Shown: positions 1-14,800 of the stretch, in pieces
Numbering within the stretch: position 1 is the first letter of the stretch
Layout: the number at the start of each line of letters is the position of its first letter
Assembly: GCA_016748015.1 (NCBI GenBank)
Contig: JAAOMT010000036.1
Location: 4,856-62,832, forward strand
DNA length: 57,977 nucleotides
Direction: 5' to 3'
Source: Geosiphon pyriformis uo1
Taxonomy: Eukaryota; Fungi; Glomeromycota
Made by a program: the position numbers and the translations under genes
The notes under the pieces: generated by a model
Databases searched by the model: none
The model's input: the letters and a program-made list of their open reading frames with translations, nothing else
Told to the model about the DNA's origin: nothing

Positions 1-1787
1 GAACTTCCTATCGGAGCAGCTTCTTCAAAGTCAATTAACATCCAACTACCATCCACGAGTCTTACAATATTACTCCAGCGAATATCCCGATGTACGACAT
101 TCAGATGATGAAGTCTTTCCAGGATCCTAAGTACATCCCGTATAGCACTTCGCAGTTCGTTCTCATTATTAGGAATTACTGGACAACCAACTGGAGCTAA
201 TTTTACTAACACCGATTTTGTGTGAGTCTCATACTCAAGGACCTTGAGTGAACCCAAGGTTGAAAGTTTTTGATAAAGTTCACAATGAAATCTTTCATCA
301 ACAATGCTTCGCCGATATACTTTTTTAATAATGGTTTCAGGCAGTATTGTAATAGTACAATTCGGCCGTTGGATCTCAGCAAATAGCTTCAATTTTGGAG
401 CTTTGATGTACTGATCTCAAGACAAAGTCCGAAGAATCCGAATAAAATTGATTGTGTATTGAAGCACTTTATAGTTGTTTATTCGGTTTGGACTTCCAAG
501 CAGCAGACTTTCACCAATTTCTCACGTCTTGGTCTCAAGGTTGTTGTATTGTCCACATAGTAATAATAAAATTGCAAACGTGTACCGCCCGCTGCAAAGG
601 CCATAACAAATGGTAAGCTACCAAAGACAAGTGGATTCCAATATTGAAATTAACTGTCCAGTTGTTCTGCTGCGATATCTAGGTTTTCCATGACATCCTT
701 CTCTTCACCCATCATTACAAGTAACCCATCGCAATAGATTGTGATATCTGGCCAGATTTGCTTTCTTGTGGTGATATTCGTATCAATCAATGTTCTATTA
801 CGAGTCCATCTTAGCGGTATGCTTTTAATATAATCATTGGCAAGTGTAATCATGTCCAAAATGTGATCATTAACACCATCTGCAGTTCGTTCTTCTTCCC
901 CGGGATATTCTGTGAAGGGCTTACCTATAATGTTAGAGACGATGGTACTTAATCTAGGAACGTTGTAGAAAGGTTCTGAACACGAAGGTTCAAGATAATT
1001 AAGATAATCAAGATGCTTTTTGCAATAATATGGGTCAACTGGCAATTTGCAAAGTAGCGTTGAGGTAAGGCACTGTTCAAGATTGCTGCGTTTGATTGTT
1101 TCATCGAAGGGAGAAAAGAGAAGATCTAGAAATGATGATGTGCTTTCAATCATTTCGAGTTTAAGATCCTTCGTAGGAGATACTATAATAAGAGGCAAAA
1201 AAAGAGCTCTAATATGGATATTACAAATTTTTACCTTCTGCTCTATATCCCCAATGACTGATTCACGAAATCAACTCCTTACCTCTCTGATTTGTTTCTA
1301 TTAAAGCACTTTGTAGTTTCTGAATCTGCAACTCCCATCTATCTTTGCTCAGCTCTAGTTTCGTCTCCTGTTTTTCCACCTCTTCCTTTTCTTCTATAAA
1401 CTTCTTCCTTTCCTTCTCGTCCACATATTCATCCTCTCTCAGCTTCTTCCTTAACTCACTTAATCTTTCTAGCTTCTCTAGACATCTCCTATATTCGGTC
1501 TTTGTGTCTTCTAATTCACGTTTGATATCTTCAACGATGGCAATGTTTTGTGTGTTTTTTAATGAGGTAGAAAAAATATTTTTGTGGAAATATACTTTAC
1601 TTTTGTTCGGTTGGGCGATTTGGGATAAATTTTCTTGTTCCAGTAAAGCAATAGAATCCTTAGTCGTATTGTAAGAGGAACTTTTGAGTTGAAAAAATTT
1701 GAGCTGAATACCAAAAAGACATCCTCTTTGATATCTAGGAATAAACAATTTTTTGAAAATTTTAGTTTGATTACGACTTGTAAACAT
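1..1787 (-). pseudogene. Crinkler (CRN)-like coiled-coil + PD-(D/E)xK REase + protein kinase pseudogene; runs off the window start
   Basis: ATG at 1787. Exon 1 is a coiled coil. A GT-AG intron at 1282-1183 joins in frame to the REase motif WPDITIYCDGLLVMMGEEK. Reading past the stop gives FQYWNPLVFGSLPFVMAFAAGGTRLQF, then kinase motifs LAPVG, HRDIRWSNI and LIDFEEA. Lesions: TAA at 650-652, a 1-nt frameshift near 518, TGA at 417-419. Confidence 0.85.
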
Positions 1788-4700
1788 GGCACTACTCTAT
1801 ATAACTAAATTGATAACAACACCCTCATAGAATGGCTTGCAAAAGTCAAAGAAAATTTATTAAAATTTAGTATCACATGTTATGATTAAATTAGTAATCA
1901 TAATTAAATATTTTAAGACAATTATTAATTATTAAAACGATAAAATTAACAATAAGTTCATTCAAAGGTTGCAGTTTTCAGATTGTTTTAATACAAATAA
2001 AATTAATATATTTAAAATTAATATGTTTTAAACTTAATTTATAAATTATTTAATAGGCATAATTTTTAATTTTTAAATATTTTATTATTTGGTTTTTTAT
2101 AACTTAATTGTTTTTATTAAATAACATAAATAGGATTTCTTTAGTTTATTAGAATAAAAATTTGAAAATATTGAAAATATTGAAAGTTTTATATGTTTTT
2201 GTGTTTAATTATGTTTTTATAATTTATTATTATTATTGATTCAAACATAAAATATTTGTTTGAGAAATTTATTTAACAAATACATTAAGTAATACATGAT
2301 GGTTTCTGCCAAATTGGAGATGAATAAACCAAATATTATTTAAACCTATAAATATTGATTAAAGATTTTAACATAATTTTTTGTTTACAAATATCCACTT
2401 TTAGATTAATGATAATATTTTTAATATAATTAGCATATTTAACCAACTATATTATTAATATAAAGATTTAAAACTCATTATTATTTATTATTTTAAATTT
2501 TATTAGTTTATGTATATTTACAAACAAAAATTTACTTGAATATTTTGGAGAGCAAGTAGAATATTGTTATTGAAAGCTTTATAAGTTCAAAATTAATAGT
2601 TTTTGATAAAGTTTTATTTTATATTTTTGTTTAAAAATCGACAATTTTTAAAGCTTTCAAATTATAATAAGTAATTATTAAAATATGCATTAAATAGTTC
2701 AAATATCTATTAGAATTGGTTTAATTTTAATAATTGTTACAGATTTTTGTATTATTTTTTTTTTATTTTTAATATATCTAACTTTTTAGTTTACAATTTT
2801 AAAATTATATTTCACTTATAATATTGGTTTGATTATTTTTTTGAAAACATATTTTAATATTTATTATTTTACTAACTTATTTATATATTTTATACTTAAT
2901 TTTTTAAATAAAACTTTAATAATTTAATTTGGTTATATATGCTTTTTTTAATTCTATAAAGTATTATTTATGTATATTATAAAAATTAAATATTTAATTA
3001 AATCAATATGTAAAATAAATTTTTTTTTTAATAAAATTAGCTATTATTACTTTATTTAAAAACTGTAATATGTTTACTTTCAAAAAAACAATTTTTATAT
3101 AAATAAAAATACTTAATAACAAACATATTAATTATTTATTAATTTACTAAATAATGTCTAATTCTTGTATAAAATTATAAAGATTTTATATATGTTATTT
3201 GTTTTTTGATAATTTAAAATTAATAAATAAACAAATAACAATTACCAATAATTTACATAATTATATTAGTTTTTAATTTAATTTTCAATTTTTTATAAAT
3301 AAAAATTGAAATTTTTTGGTTTATATTGTATTTTAAAAAGCTTTTATTAGATATTTGTTATTTTATTGAATATATATTTGCAAAAAATATTATTAATACA
3401 TTTTTATTTTTATTAAAAAAATTTTTCTTATATCTTAATTTTTATAACAAAAAAATCTAATAATTACAAATAAGTATCTGTAATATTATGGAACATAGTT
3501 TTAGAATACCATAATTTTTATTTTTTCAATAATATTATGCCATAGAAATTAATTATATAAATATTGATCAAGCAATTAAATTATCAAAGAGAAAGAAGTA
3601 AAAAAAAGGGCATAGATATTTTTTAATCTTCACAACCTGTCTATTTTAAGATTGTTTTTAATAAGCCTATCTATTTAAAATATATTATTCAAAAATTAAA
3701 TATTAAAATATTCGATTCAACAATTTATAATATACTATTTATGCATATTTGATGTTTTTTTATATATATTGCCTTTTTAATTTGAAAAATAATTTTCTAA
3801 TGATTGATTTCACAAAAAAATTCTTTTTCTGCAGATCCCTTTTTGTTTCTTTAAAATATGAATTATAATAATTAAATTCGGAATACTCCTATAAGTAAAA
3901 ATAATAATTCCGATAAACTTGAGGTAATGAAATATGAAACTACTTGATTGATTGTTTTGAATGTTTATATTTCATATTATGTTAAAAATATTAAAAGTGA
4001 GTGCTAAAAATATTTTTCCTGTTTTAAATATTATTAATTTATAAAAATTAATTTAACAGAATACATGCAAATACTTTCAAATAACAAGAAACACTTGATT
4101 CTTTATCTATAAATTTAAAATATCAAATAAAAAATGACAAATTTTAATTTAATTTAGCCTATTATTTGTAAAATTATAATTATACATATTATATTATTGT
4201 CATAATAATATAATAATTAATGAATTTATTTTGCTCCAAATACAAAATATTAAAATTTAGCAAAAAATATTTTTAATTATTTACTATGTTTATTGAAACT
4301 AAATTAACAAATATTTCGAATTTGATTCATAATTAATCTTACTAAATCTAATTTATTATGTAAAATATATTTTAACTAAAAATAATATATAATAAATTTA
4401 AGAATAATATAATTAATTAATTTACTATATATTTTAATAATGACAAAATACTTTTCTAGCTTTTTTTGCTCATCAATAATAATAAGCAAATCTAAAATAA
4501 TAATTAGTTTATTCTATTTTGGATTTTTGTTTTTAATTTTAAGTAATGTATTAAGATTTTGTTTAGATAAGTGCTTAGATCTTAGTCCAGTTTTATATTA
4601 TTTAGGATTGACAAATTAACATCTTTACTGGCTAAAAATAATAATAATCAACAAAACATAACATTATAAACTTATTACACAATTTTGTGCATACTATTAG

Positions 4701-7700
4701 TTTTGCTTTTTTACTATATACTTATTAGCTACAGCTAATCTATTGTTTTTATGCAGCTTTTTATTTGTTATTTTTGCATCTGTAATATTCTATAGTGCAT
4801 TTAGACTTTGTTCACTTATTTGAATTTTTTTAACTAATGTTTAAAATAAGATTATTAGGTCTGTATTAAGATAACTTAGCATTTGTGTCCAACAGTTTTA
4901 CTTTTAGAAACACGTTTTAATTAATGCCAATCAAAATTTTCATTCTAATATAGTTTAATTACTGTTACTAATGGTTAATATACCTATAGTGAGAATATTC
5001 CCAGTGGCATAAATTTTACTTTATGGAAATTCACTTTTAACAAGTGTTCTGTTACTGGATGCCCTTAATTTTTTGACAAAATAATGTGCATATATATTAT
5101 TGATAAATTCAAGCTTCGGACCTATTTTTCAAGTATACATTAGTTATTAACTGGAAAAACGAAAGCAAAAAGCTTTAAAACTTTTTGACAATGCAGAAAT
5201 ATTTTTCAAGTACAAAAAAGTTATTAATTTTTTTAAAAGGTAATAAACTTTAGTAGTTAAACTGTTATTTAATTGATATTTTATGTTAAAATGAATAATA
5301 ATTTTAAGAATACTATAAAATTATTGAATGTAAAAGTGAACATATAGGCATCAGCAATATTTTTCTATTCTTTATTTTAAAAAATTATAACACAAATTAA
5401 TTGGTTTTTAAAATCTATACTTATAATTTTTGTAATAAAAAATAATTTTTTTAACAGGCAACTAGAAATACAAATATTATTAACATCAGCTGTTAAATTA
5501 AATGAAATTTTTATTTGTAATTATTTCTGAAAAAACTAGGCCTTAAATGCTAGAAAATAGATGTTTATCTTATTTACATTGTTTAAATTAATTGAAATCA
5601 GAGATATTTTCTAATAAGTTTCACACTCGATACATTATGAAATCTTTTCAGCTAATTTTTTTTAAATTAGATTCTACTGACTGTTAATATAAGACCCTTA
5701 TAGTTATTTTTTTTTAATCCGTGCTTTTTTCATTGATAAAATTTAGAAGCAGAAATAATTATGAAATATAAGTAAGATGATTTAGAAAGTGTTTTAGGAA
5801 CTAGTAAATTCAGTTATGTATTTTGATTGTTGCAGGTAAACACATAAATTTTTTTTAGGCATTTTATTAATCATTTTTGCTGCAATTTTTGTAATAGCTT
5901 TATTAGTGATTGGTCTTAAATATCTCGCTGCAACAATAGTTATAATTTTTTTAAAAACAATTAAAAAGTTAGTTCACTATGTTTTTATAAAACTAAAACC
6001 TCCTAAATTGTAAAATTAACTATTTTAAATTAAATTGTTATAAGTTCTGATATGCAAAATTTAGTTTTTATTTTCATTTAAATTAAACTTTAGTTATATC
6101 CAATTTTAATATTTGCTTTAGGTTCATAAATTATTTTTATTTTAACAAAAAACTTATATTTACCAAAACCCAATTGCCAAAAATGTAAAATTAATTAATC
6201 AGCAGCTATTTTATTTTTGACAACTTTTTTTACGAATTTATCTATTTTCTTAAAATGTATTCAATTCAATTATATACTAATTATTATACAAAGAAACTTG
6301 ATAAAAATTTGAATCAAATCATTCACACTTTACTTAAAAAATCAGTTTAATTCTCTTATTGAATTTACTTGCAATCTTAAAAAAATTTCATTCTAAAATT
6401 AATAAATTTCTAAAAAAATCTATTAAATATCACAAAATTTATTTTAATTAAAATAATGAATAGCAGCAACCCGACTTTTTGTAACATTCCGACACTATTA
6501 TTATGGAATTAAATGTTTTATAATTTTTAAAATCTTTTGTCTAATAGAGCTAACTGAATGAAGCCAGTTTGGCTAATGCTTCAGATCGAAGTCTGCTAAG
6601 TTGCCATTCAAATACATAAAAAAATACTTTGGCAAAATTTAATTTAAAATTTAGTTGCTTTTCAATTAAATTAGCGCTGTGGAAAAATAATTATTATTCA
6701 AGCTTTATAAAATTAAGAAGGAAATAACGCCCTGGCTGAAAACCCCAATAAGAGTAAATTTTTATATTAATATGGCTATTGTATATTTTGGATTAATATC
6801 TTTTGTTCTAAGCAAATCGAAATGAATCAACATAAAATTTTATAAAGCAGCTATAAATAATTACTTTCAAATCAAAAAAACCGAGTCTAAAAATTCTTTT
6901 CTAAAATTTAAATGCTATGAAACAAAAATATTTTTGTCACCAAATATTATTCTTGAATTGTTTCATAACTATAAAAATAATCCTTTAGAGAAATAACGAC
7001 TATCAAAATCTGTTTATATAAATATATCATTGATAAAAAACGCTTTACAATTAATAATGATTCATTTTAATATCAAAAATCTTGAAATTTATATATATTT
7101 AATTTATACAAAACTTTGTAATAACAATAAAAGATCATTCTTTATTTATCAAATAAGTTTTATATTAGAGATTTTATTTTTTCCATAATTTATTAAGTTT
7201 ATTATTAAAAAACAAAATCTTGATATATTATTAACAAACAATTTATTGTATAAGCTTTAATTTATTTTAATTTTTACAATTTTTTAAAAATTTAGTTTTA
7301 ATATTATTTGAATATTTTCCAATATGAATATTACCATTTTACTTCTTTGTATAAACAATATGAATTAAAACAAAATAATTAATATTGGATATATTGTTAA
7401 AATATAATTTATAAAACACAATATACTTTATATTTTCAAAACTTTTTATTAATAGATCAAATTTACAATTATTATTCTTGGTAAAAATACAAATAATTTG
7501 ATTGTACAATTAATATTTTTTACATTTGAAAACCCTAGGTTAATTTTTTAAACTTATAACAATATTTTTGTTAATTATTATTTTGTTTTCATTAAACCAT
7601 TTTTTTTCAAAAAATATGTAACTATAGTTGCTAACAAAAATAGTATTTTGTATATTCAGTTATAAAATTAAGATAATTTTTTATTTAAATATATATTAAA

Positions 7701-9409
7701 ATTTATTATTAAATTATTTATTATTAAATTATTTATAATTTTAAAAGAATTATTAAAAAATAGTTTGTTCTGATTTTAATAAAGCTTAAAATATTTTACA
7801 TAGTTTAACAAATTTTTTAAATTATTGTTAAACAATCACAACCTATTTTTATAAAATAAATCAATTTGTTATATTTTTTATATTATTTTATTTATTATTT
7901 TTCATATAGAAATAATTGTTTAAATATTTATGTCCTTACAATTTTACACTTACTTTTATTATTTATTTATTAAAGATTTGTTTATAATAATACATCTAAA
8001 ACTAGTGCAATTATTTTTTAAAATTTTTAATAAGAAAATTTCATTTGTTTTTTAAACCAAATTTCTTTTAAAATCTATAAAGATTATGTTAAGACCAAAG
8101 CAAATTTTATTTAACATGCTTTAAATAATAAAATAATTAATTAATGCTAATGAAATGTGAAAAACATAAATAATTTTGTATCGAATCTAACTTTGCATTT
8201 AATATTGCAATTATTTTTAATAAACTAATTTCAATTAAAAAATATTATACATGTGTTAAATCAGCTTTTTAAAGGTAAATTCCATGCAAATAGTATTATA
8301 AATAGCAAATAATAAAGAAAATTTTTTACAAAAATAAGAAATATTTATTTTGCAATGTGATATCTCATGTAATGAATAAATTACAAATTAATATATACAT
8401 AATCCAGATAAAATATTTTATAAAACAATGAAAAGTAATAAAAATATTTTAGAATAATAGATTAAAATTGGTAATTTAGAAAAATTATTAATTTAATATA
8501 ATAATAATAATAATTTTAAAAACGTAAAAACATATTTCTATTTATATCTTGAATACTTTTAATTTTACATTAGAGTGTTTTAACAAAATATTTGTATAAT
8601 TCAAAAATCTTGAATAAATTATACTTGAAAAGCAAAAATTGTGTTCTGATTCAAAATTGAAATATTTTATGTTGAAAAATTATAAACCCTTAAGTACAAA
8701 GGGTTGAAAAAATAATTAGAACTATCAAAAAGCCTAAAATCTGACCATTAAATTGTATAAAAGCAAAATTTAATGTTTGCCATGATTGGCAATAAATTGC
8801 CTTACAAATTTTAGCATCGAGTTTACAAGAATGGTTTGATAATTTAGGTAAAATCTTTTTTTGAACAATCATTTCCTTTTTTGTGTTCTACATTGCATTT
8901 TATTTTTTAGTTTCGAATATTATAAGATAATTGACATGGAAACTTGGTTATCCTATAGAGTTTAAATGCTGAACGGACTCCTTTCTTCCAATAATATAAT
9001 AAAACCTGGCTGAACTTTATATTAGACAGAGACAATTTTGGCTGCTATTACGCAAAATACAAAAGGAATTTTGTGTCTTAAAACTTGTAGGATGAAAATC
9101 ATATTCTATTAGCAAATTACACAGAAAAGTAGTTTGAGGTGATATCTGAATCTAAAACATGTCTAAATAAAATTACGTAAATCAATTAAAAACATTGCAA
9201 CACTTATTTTACCTCCCTAAATTTAAAGTTCTTGAAGACAAGATCATGCTAAACTGCAAGTCTCAATATACAATAAATCAATTAACTTTCAATAAGTAAA
9301 GCAGTAACATGATAATCTTAAATCAAATTAACCAAAAATGGTAAATAGTCTTTTGTAAGACTAGATATGGCATCTGCACTATGTTTTGTGTTTTTTTTAA
9401 GCCCGTGTT

Positions 9410-9808
9410 CAGCCTGGTGGGACTATGAGGTTAAATTTCTTTCCATTGAGTTTATCTAACTTAGTTTACATAATGACAAGTATACCAGTAAAACAAACTT
9501 TTTGGAAGGTACAGACTTTGTTTCAAAAAAAAATGTAATTTAGGAGCCCAAATAATTTAAGTGTATATGTGCTTAAAAAGTTAGTAACAAAGTGGTATCA
9601 TTAATAATTAAAGTTATTGTAAATAAAATTGTGTAATTTGTCTTTATTTACACATCTAATTTTGACTATTGTAATTTCAGTTTTCAGTTTGGTTTCAATT
9701 TGGTTTAGTTTTTTACCTCAAAAAATCAAATTGAAATTGAACTGAAAAAAAATGGCTTGGTTTTAGTTTAAAGAGAAACCAAATCAAACCGAATTATTTG
9801 GAACACTA
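9410..9808 (+). mobile_element. 3' end of a decayed hAT DNA transposon (dimerisation-domain relic, subterminal repeats, terminus)
   Basis: Translation WWDYEVKF...TSIPVKQTF/EGTDFVSKKKCNLGAQII*VYMCLKS matches the hAT C-terminus. Clustered AACC(G/A)A and TTTGGTTT repeats lead to a terminus GGAACACTA (reverse complement TAGTGTTCC). Confidence 0.7.
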
Positions 9809-9859
9809 ATTATATTAAATTTCTATAAGCACTATTTCAATATTACTAAACTATTCAAA

Positions 9860-11462
9860 CTTTTTATTAAAAAATTTAACAATAATTAGATGCTTGTTAA
9901 TAACTTTTAAATTAAATTTAATAAATATAACATGTAAAAATAGTCAAAATTTGTCAAAAATATTATTGTCAAAGAAGTATTTAAAGATTATAAACCACAA
10001 ATAATTGCCAATATTGTTCAAAAAAAAAATTAAATAATCATATAAAAACTCAAATATTAAGTATCTAAAAACTTAAAAAATTTTTAATATTAAATACAAG
10101 CTTATAGATTTAATAAATTTTTATCTTATTAATAAAGTTAATATAAAGACTAATATTCTTAGTATTAATAAGTTTCTAGCTAAAAAAAACTATTAGATAA
10201 AACAATTTATTATCTGAGAATCTTGTCAAGATTTTTGTTTTGTAATTTTAGAACAATTTGTAAATTTAATATATTATAAATAACTAATTCTAATTAATTC
10301 TATTTACAATACCAACAAATATAATTAATGTTTATTTATTATATATATTTATAATAACTGTAGATATTTTAATTAAAGTAATATTACAGCAAACAGTATT
10401 GTAATTACTTTTTCTGATTTTATAGAAGAGAACAAAAGTATAATGTTATTTTTTATATAGTATATATTATTTAAACATAGATTAAAAACATTTATTATAA
10501 TTTAATTCTTAATAAAATAATACAAATAATGTATAAAACAACTCAAATTAATTGTATAAATACTATTTATTATGCTATAATTAACTGTTTAATCCAAGTA
10601 AATGCAAAATATATTTTAAAAAATTACTAAAATAATTTTAACAAATAAGCACTTTGGACTTGACAATATTTATCTTTTTTTTTAAGTAACTTCAACAAAC
10701 TCTTTTAAGTTTTATTATAGTAAACTTAAAACAAAAACTTTTTATATATATAGTTTTATTAATAAGATTTATTTTACTGTTTTTTATAACCAATTTTTTG
10801 AATTTGGAGTTTTTATTAGATATTATATTTTTTCAATTGCTTTTTTTATTTTTTTATTCATATCTTAATTATTTTATTAATTATTACATTTACTAATTGC
10901 TATTATTTTTTATTGTAAGTACATATTATATAATTTTGAAAGTTAATGCTAAAAAAAAGACTACTACAAAAAAAATTGCTTTTAATTTTTGTACCAAAAC
11001 AATTTCCATTGCCAATTTAAGCCCTAAAATTCACAATTTTTTTTTGTTCAAAAACTTATTGTATGCTGTTTTAAAGAAATTGTAAGAAGAAAAAAAAGTA
11101 TTGAAACTTTTATTTGCAGAATACAATTGCAAGTTTTTCTGCCAATACATGTTTTTTTGTTATTATGTTTTTTACAAACAATTTTGTGGCAATATTGATA
11201 TTTTGACATCTGAAGTATGAAGAAGTTTTCAAAAAATCTTTAAGAAAAGCAGTTTGAAAGTATACTAGTCTTATGGCTTAGTGAAAGTATCTCAGCATCA
11301 AGAAATTAAAAAGACCATAGAAAAAAATTGATTGGAAATGAATGAATTATTTGAAAAAGCTAAAGGTCAGTATTATAGTTTAGCAGATAAAAAAACACAG
11401 ATGAAGTAGAAAGATTTGTTGCACATTTGGAAGAAGCATTGAGGCTTGTTCTTGAAGAATAA
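9860..11462 (+). mobile_element. Heavily mutated MULE (Mutator-like) transposase relic with SWIM finger
   Basis: LILINSIYNTNKYN*CLF (~WLTLIDSTHKTNRYDWRLF); ALWT*QY...VTSTNSFKFYYSKLK (~ALWARQH...VTSTNPLESYHSELK); AFNFCTKTIS; SWIM relic YNCKFFCQYMFFCYYVF. Many stops. The start coordinate is approximate. Confidence 0.7.
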
Positions 11463-11839
11463 TAAAAACAATCAATGATCATTTTTTAATAATGAGATGG
11501 TAATATGTAAAAAAGTCGAAATAATTTTAGCTTTACAAAAAAAAACAATTAATGGGTTTTTTGACCAATTTGTAGTAATAAAATTAAACGTTTTTTTTGC
11601 TCACTTTCTTGAATTAGTGAATTAATTTTTTTGGCCAAAATTTATCATGTGAAAATTAAAACTAATTTTATTAGTTTATGTCATGTGTTGCCGATCAAAA
11701 ATGGCTAATCGCGTAACCGGCTTAAGGCCCCCTAAATATGGTAACCAAATTGCTGATCGTGTTCCGTATTACATGAGATTCATTCTCATCACTATTATTA
11801 TTTATTATTATTATTATATGTTCTTTGCATAGCAGATAA

Positions 11840-12462
11840 ATATATCGGCGAAGCATTGTTGATGAAAGATTTCATTGTGAACTTTATCAAAAACTTTCAA
11901 CCTTGGATCCACTCAAGGTCCTTGAGTATGAGACTCACACAAAATCGGTGTTAGTAAAATTAGCTCCAGTTGGTTGTCCAGTAATTCCTAATAATGAGAA
12001 CGAACTGCGAAGTGCTATACGGGATGTACTTAGGATCCTGAAAAGACTTCATCATATGAATGTCGTACATCGGGATATTCGCTGGAGTAATATTGTAAGA
12101 CTCGTGGATGGTAGTTGGATGTTAATTGACTTTGAAGAAGCTGCTCCGATAGGAAGTTCAAGGTACGGTGATAAACTGATTTCGACATACGGTTAGACAT
12201 GTTTGCTAATTGTGGCTATTTATTTTTATAAAGAACTGCATTGACCATTAGAGCTCCAGAATTTGAAGACTGGAAAGAATTGTGTAACACTGCAGGCGAT
12301 GTCTGGATGGTTGGAAATCTGTTCAAAGATTTGAGACTTGGTGATCTTTCTCCATCCGCTATAGATTTTTCAAAAAAACTGCTGCACGAAAATCCTGTTC
12401 AGCGACCGAGTGCAAATTTTGCTTTAATAAAAGATTTTTTCAATTTCTGGAGAAATAATTAG
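11840..12462 (+). pseudogene. 5'-truncated, inverted duplicate of the CRN-like kinase domain (two exons)
   Basis: 11841-12159 is the reverse complement of 1-319 with about 4 mismatches. Intron 12163-12233 (GT..GCTAAT..AG) joins DFEEAAPIGSSR in frame to TALTIRAPE...GDVWMVG...QRPSA. An in-frame TAA lies at 11837-11839 upstream, and there is no REase part. Confidence 0.8.
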
Positions 12463-13449
12463 CTGTGATGAACTTCTTGTCCTTTATAATGTTTCAGTTT
12501 TAGCTTTTGAAAAATATTAATTTTAATAAATATCTTTGGAAAAATAAAATTATTGTTTCAAAGGCCCGAATACTTAATAAAAACCTTTAATCATAAATAC
12601 TGATTTTTATGATATTTAGATATTAAACATTAATCCTTAACAAATATTTAAATAATTAAACAATTAGAAAAAATTACTATTTTAATATTATAAATCCTTT
12701 AAAAATAATTAATTTGTTGTACTTATTTAATATTTTTTTAAAAAAGTACGAGCTATGCACTTTTTTATACGATTAATTAGTTGTATCAAATTAAGCTAAA
12801 TTTATAATACTTTGTTATTTTTGGTATTTATATTGTTATAATTATTTATTTCAACTTAAATTTTTTGTTATCAATTCAAATCCCTTTTAAATAAAATTTT
12901 AATTATTCAAGTTGTGCTTTTATTAATTTTAAATATAATCAGAATGTATCTTAAATATAAATTTATGAATTTATTATAAATCTTTATTTATTTAACTTTT
13001 CAATAATAACTGAAAATAATTTTTCAATTTATAACAAATTATAAATAATATTGGTTTAACTTTAATTATAAAATTTTTATAATCATATTAATCATTATTA
13101 TTATTTTATTATTTTATATTGTTTTATTTAACAGATTGTTATATATTTATTTATTTTTATATAATTGTTTATATTTGTTAATTTTGATATTTTCAATTGT
13201 TTATATTAATCAAAAATTTATTTTTACTTTTATATTGAAGAGATTACAAGTTATTTTATATTTCAAATTTTTTATTAAATTAACTTTTTCACATTTTTTT
13301 GTTTTTAAAATAATTTTGTTTTTGATATTATATTTAAATACATAATTAAAATAGCCTATTATAATCTATTTAATCTATTTTAAAAATGTAAAAATAATAT
13401 TAAATTAAAATATAATACAAATTATATTATATTTCCGATTGATTTTTTA

Positions 13450-14800
13450 TAGTATTTATTTAAAAATTTAAAGCTATAATAAAATATTTTGTTAATATTA
13501 TTAAGAGCTAAAAGAAAGAAAATGCACTTATTTTAAACTTTTATGGTCAAAATAGATATACTATATAATAATAATATGTTATCATTAATATTATTTAATA
13601 AAATCTTATCTTATAATTACGTCTTTAGTAATATTTAATGTTATGATTATACCTTAATATAGAAATAACTATTATTTAGTTAATTTCATTAGAATTATTA
13701 TCACCAATATTGCAAATTTTATTTCTAAATGCCCGAATTTTAAGCATCAGAATTAAATTAGTTGTCATGCAATCACTTTTATTCTTAGCTAAATCAATGA
13801 GTATTGAATTTATCAATTTTTTAAAGTTCAGCTTATTTTAAAATCTTCACTTTAATTTTAATTTTCTAAATATAAAATAATAAAAGTTATTTATTTATTT
13901 ATTAAAGTACCAAATTTGTAATCTGAAAAAGAATAAAAGTAAATATTATCTATTTATTTGCTATAATAAATAAAAAGGTTCTAAGAACATTATTAATATT
14001 TTCTGTCAATTTAGATATTTTCAAACTACAAAATATTAAATATTGGCTAAAAAAACCAAACAAATTAACATTTAGATACGAATTTTAATATCAAATATAC
14101 AAGATATCTAGAAACAATAAGAGTCTTATTATTATGAAAAATGGTCTTTATTTTTTAATGTCTAACTTAGATTTAGTTTTTTTATTTTTTTATTTTTTTA
14201 ACAATATTTTTTTCATATATGTAAATATTGATTTAAGTTCTTTTTTTTTAACCAGTTATCAGTTTTAACATTTGATTTGAATAATTATTAAAACCAAAAT
14301 TATAAAAGTGAGAGAAATTGAAGAATTTGATATTATTAAAAAATAAGAAATCAAAAGAGAACTAGTAAAAAGATTTAGAGTGAACAATTTAATAATAAAA
14401 ATCTAATACAAATCTGAGAAAATAAATAAATAATAAAACATGCTTTTTTTGAACTAATTATATTATCGTAATAATTATGCAAAGTCTTTACAGCTAAAAA
14501 AAGCCAAATTATTTAAATGTTAAAATTGCAGCAAAAAGTAACAGCTCTATAAATTCGTTGGAAAAATATTTATTTATCAATAAAAACATGAAGCTCAATT
14601 AGATAAACCTATCAAATAAATTTGTAAAAATAAAAATTTTTACATAATTGAGATACACTGTATTCAATCTTGTAGTATAATATAAATAATTAATAAATAT
14701 TTGTTCTTTAAATACTTATTCAAACTAATTTTTTTTTAAGCAAAGGTTGTTCTAAATTAATTTACAAAAGTCAATAGTTGGTAAAATTTAAAACTGAGCA
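13450..14800 (-). mobile_element. Probable Helitron (Rep/PIF1 helicase) relic, strongly AT-degraded
   Basis: Minus-strand fragments SEDFKIS (~GGDFxQ), MTTNLIL...AFRNKICNIGD (~LTTNMR...F..WLL.IGD) and NILLYSISILT (~RAILTP). The continuation in copies at 16692-17000 reads KIFTMCYKQNG / SDSKNF..NTQFFN. These are weak, eye-level matches. Confidence 0.35.

Noticed and set aside
1047-1674. + strand ORFs 1047-1304 and 1345-1674
   Set aside because: Antisense shadows of the CRN-like gene.
6456-6620. Possible F-box pseudogene start (MNSSNPTFCNIP...)
   Set aside because: It needs several frameshifts and the similarity is too weak to call by eye.
12740-12781. Helitron 3' hairpin plus TTAG
   Set aside because: The stem is AT-rich and imperfect, the end is not CTRR, and the orientation is opposite to the suspected helicase relic.
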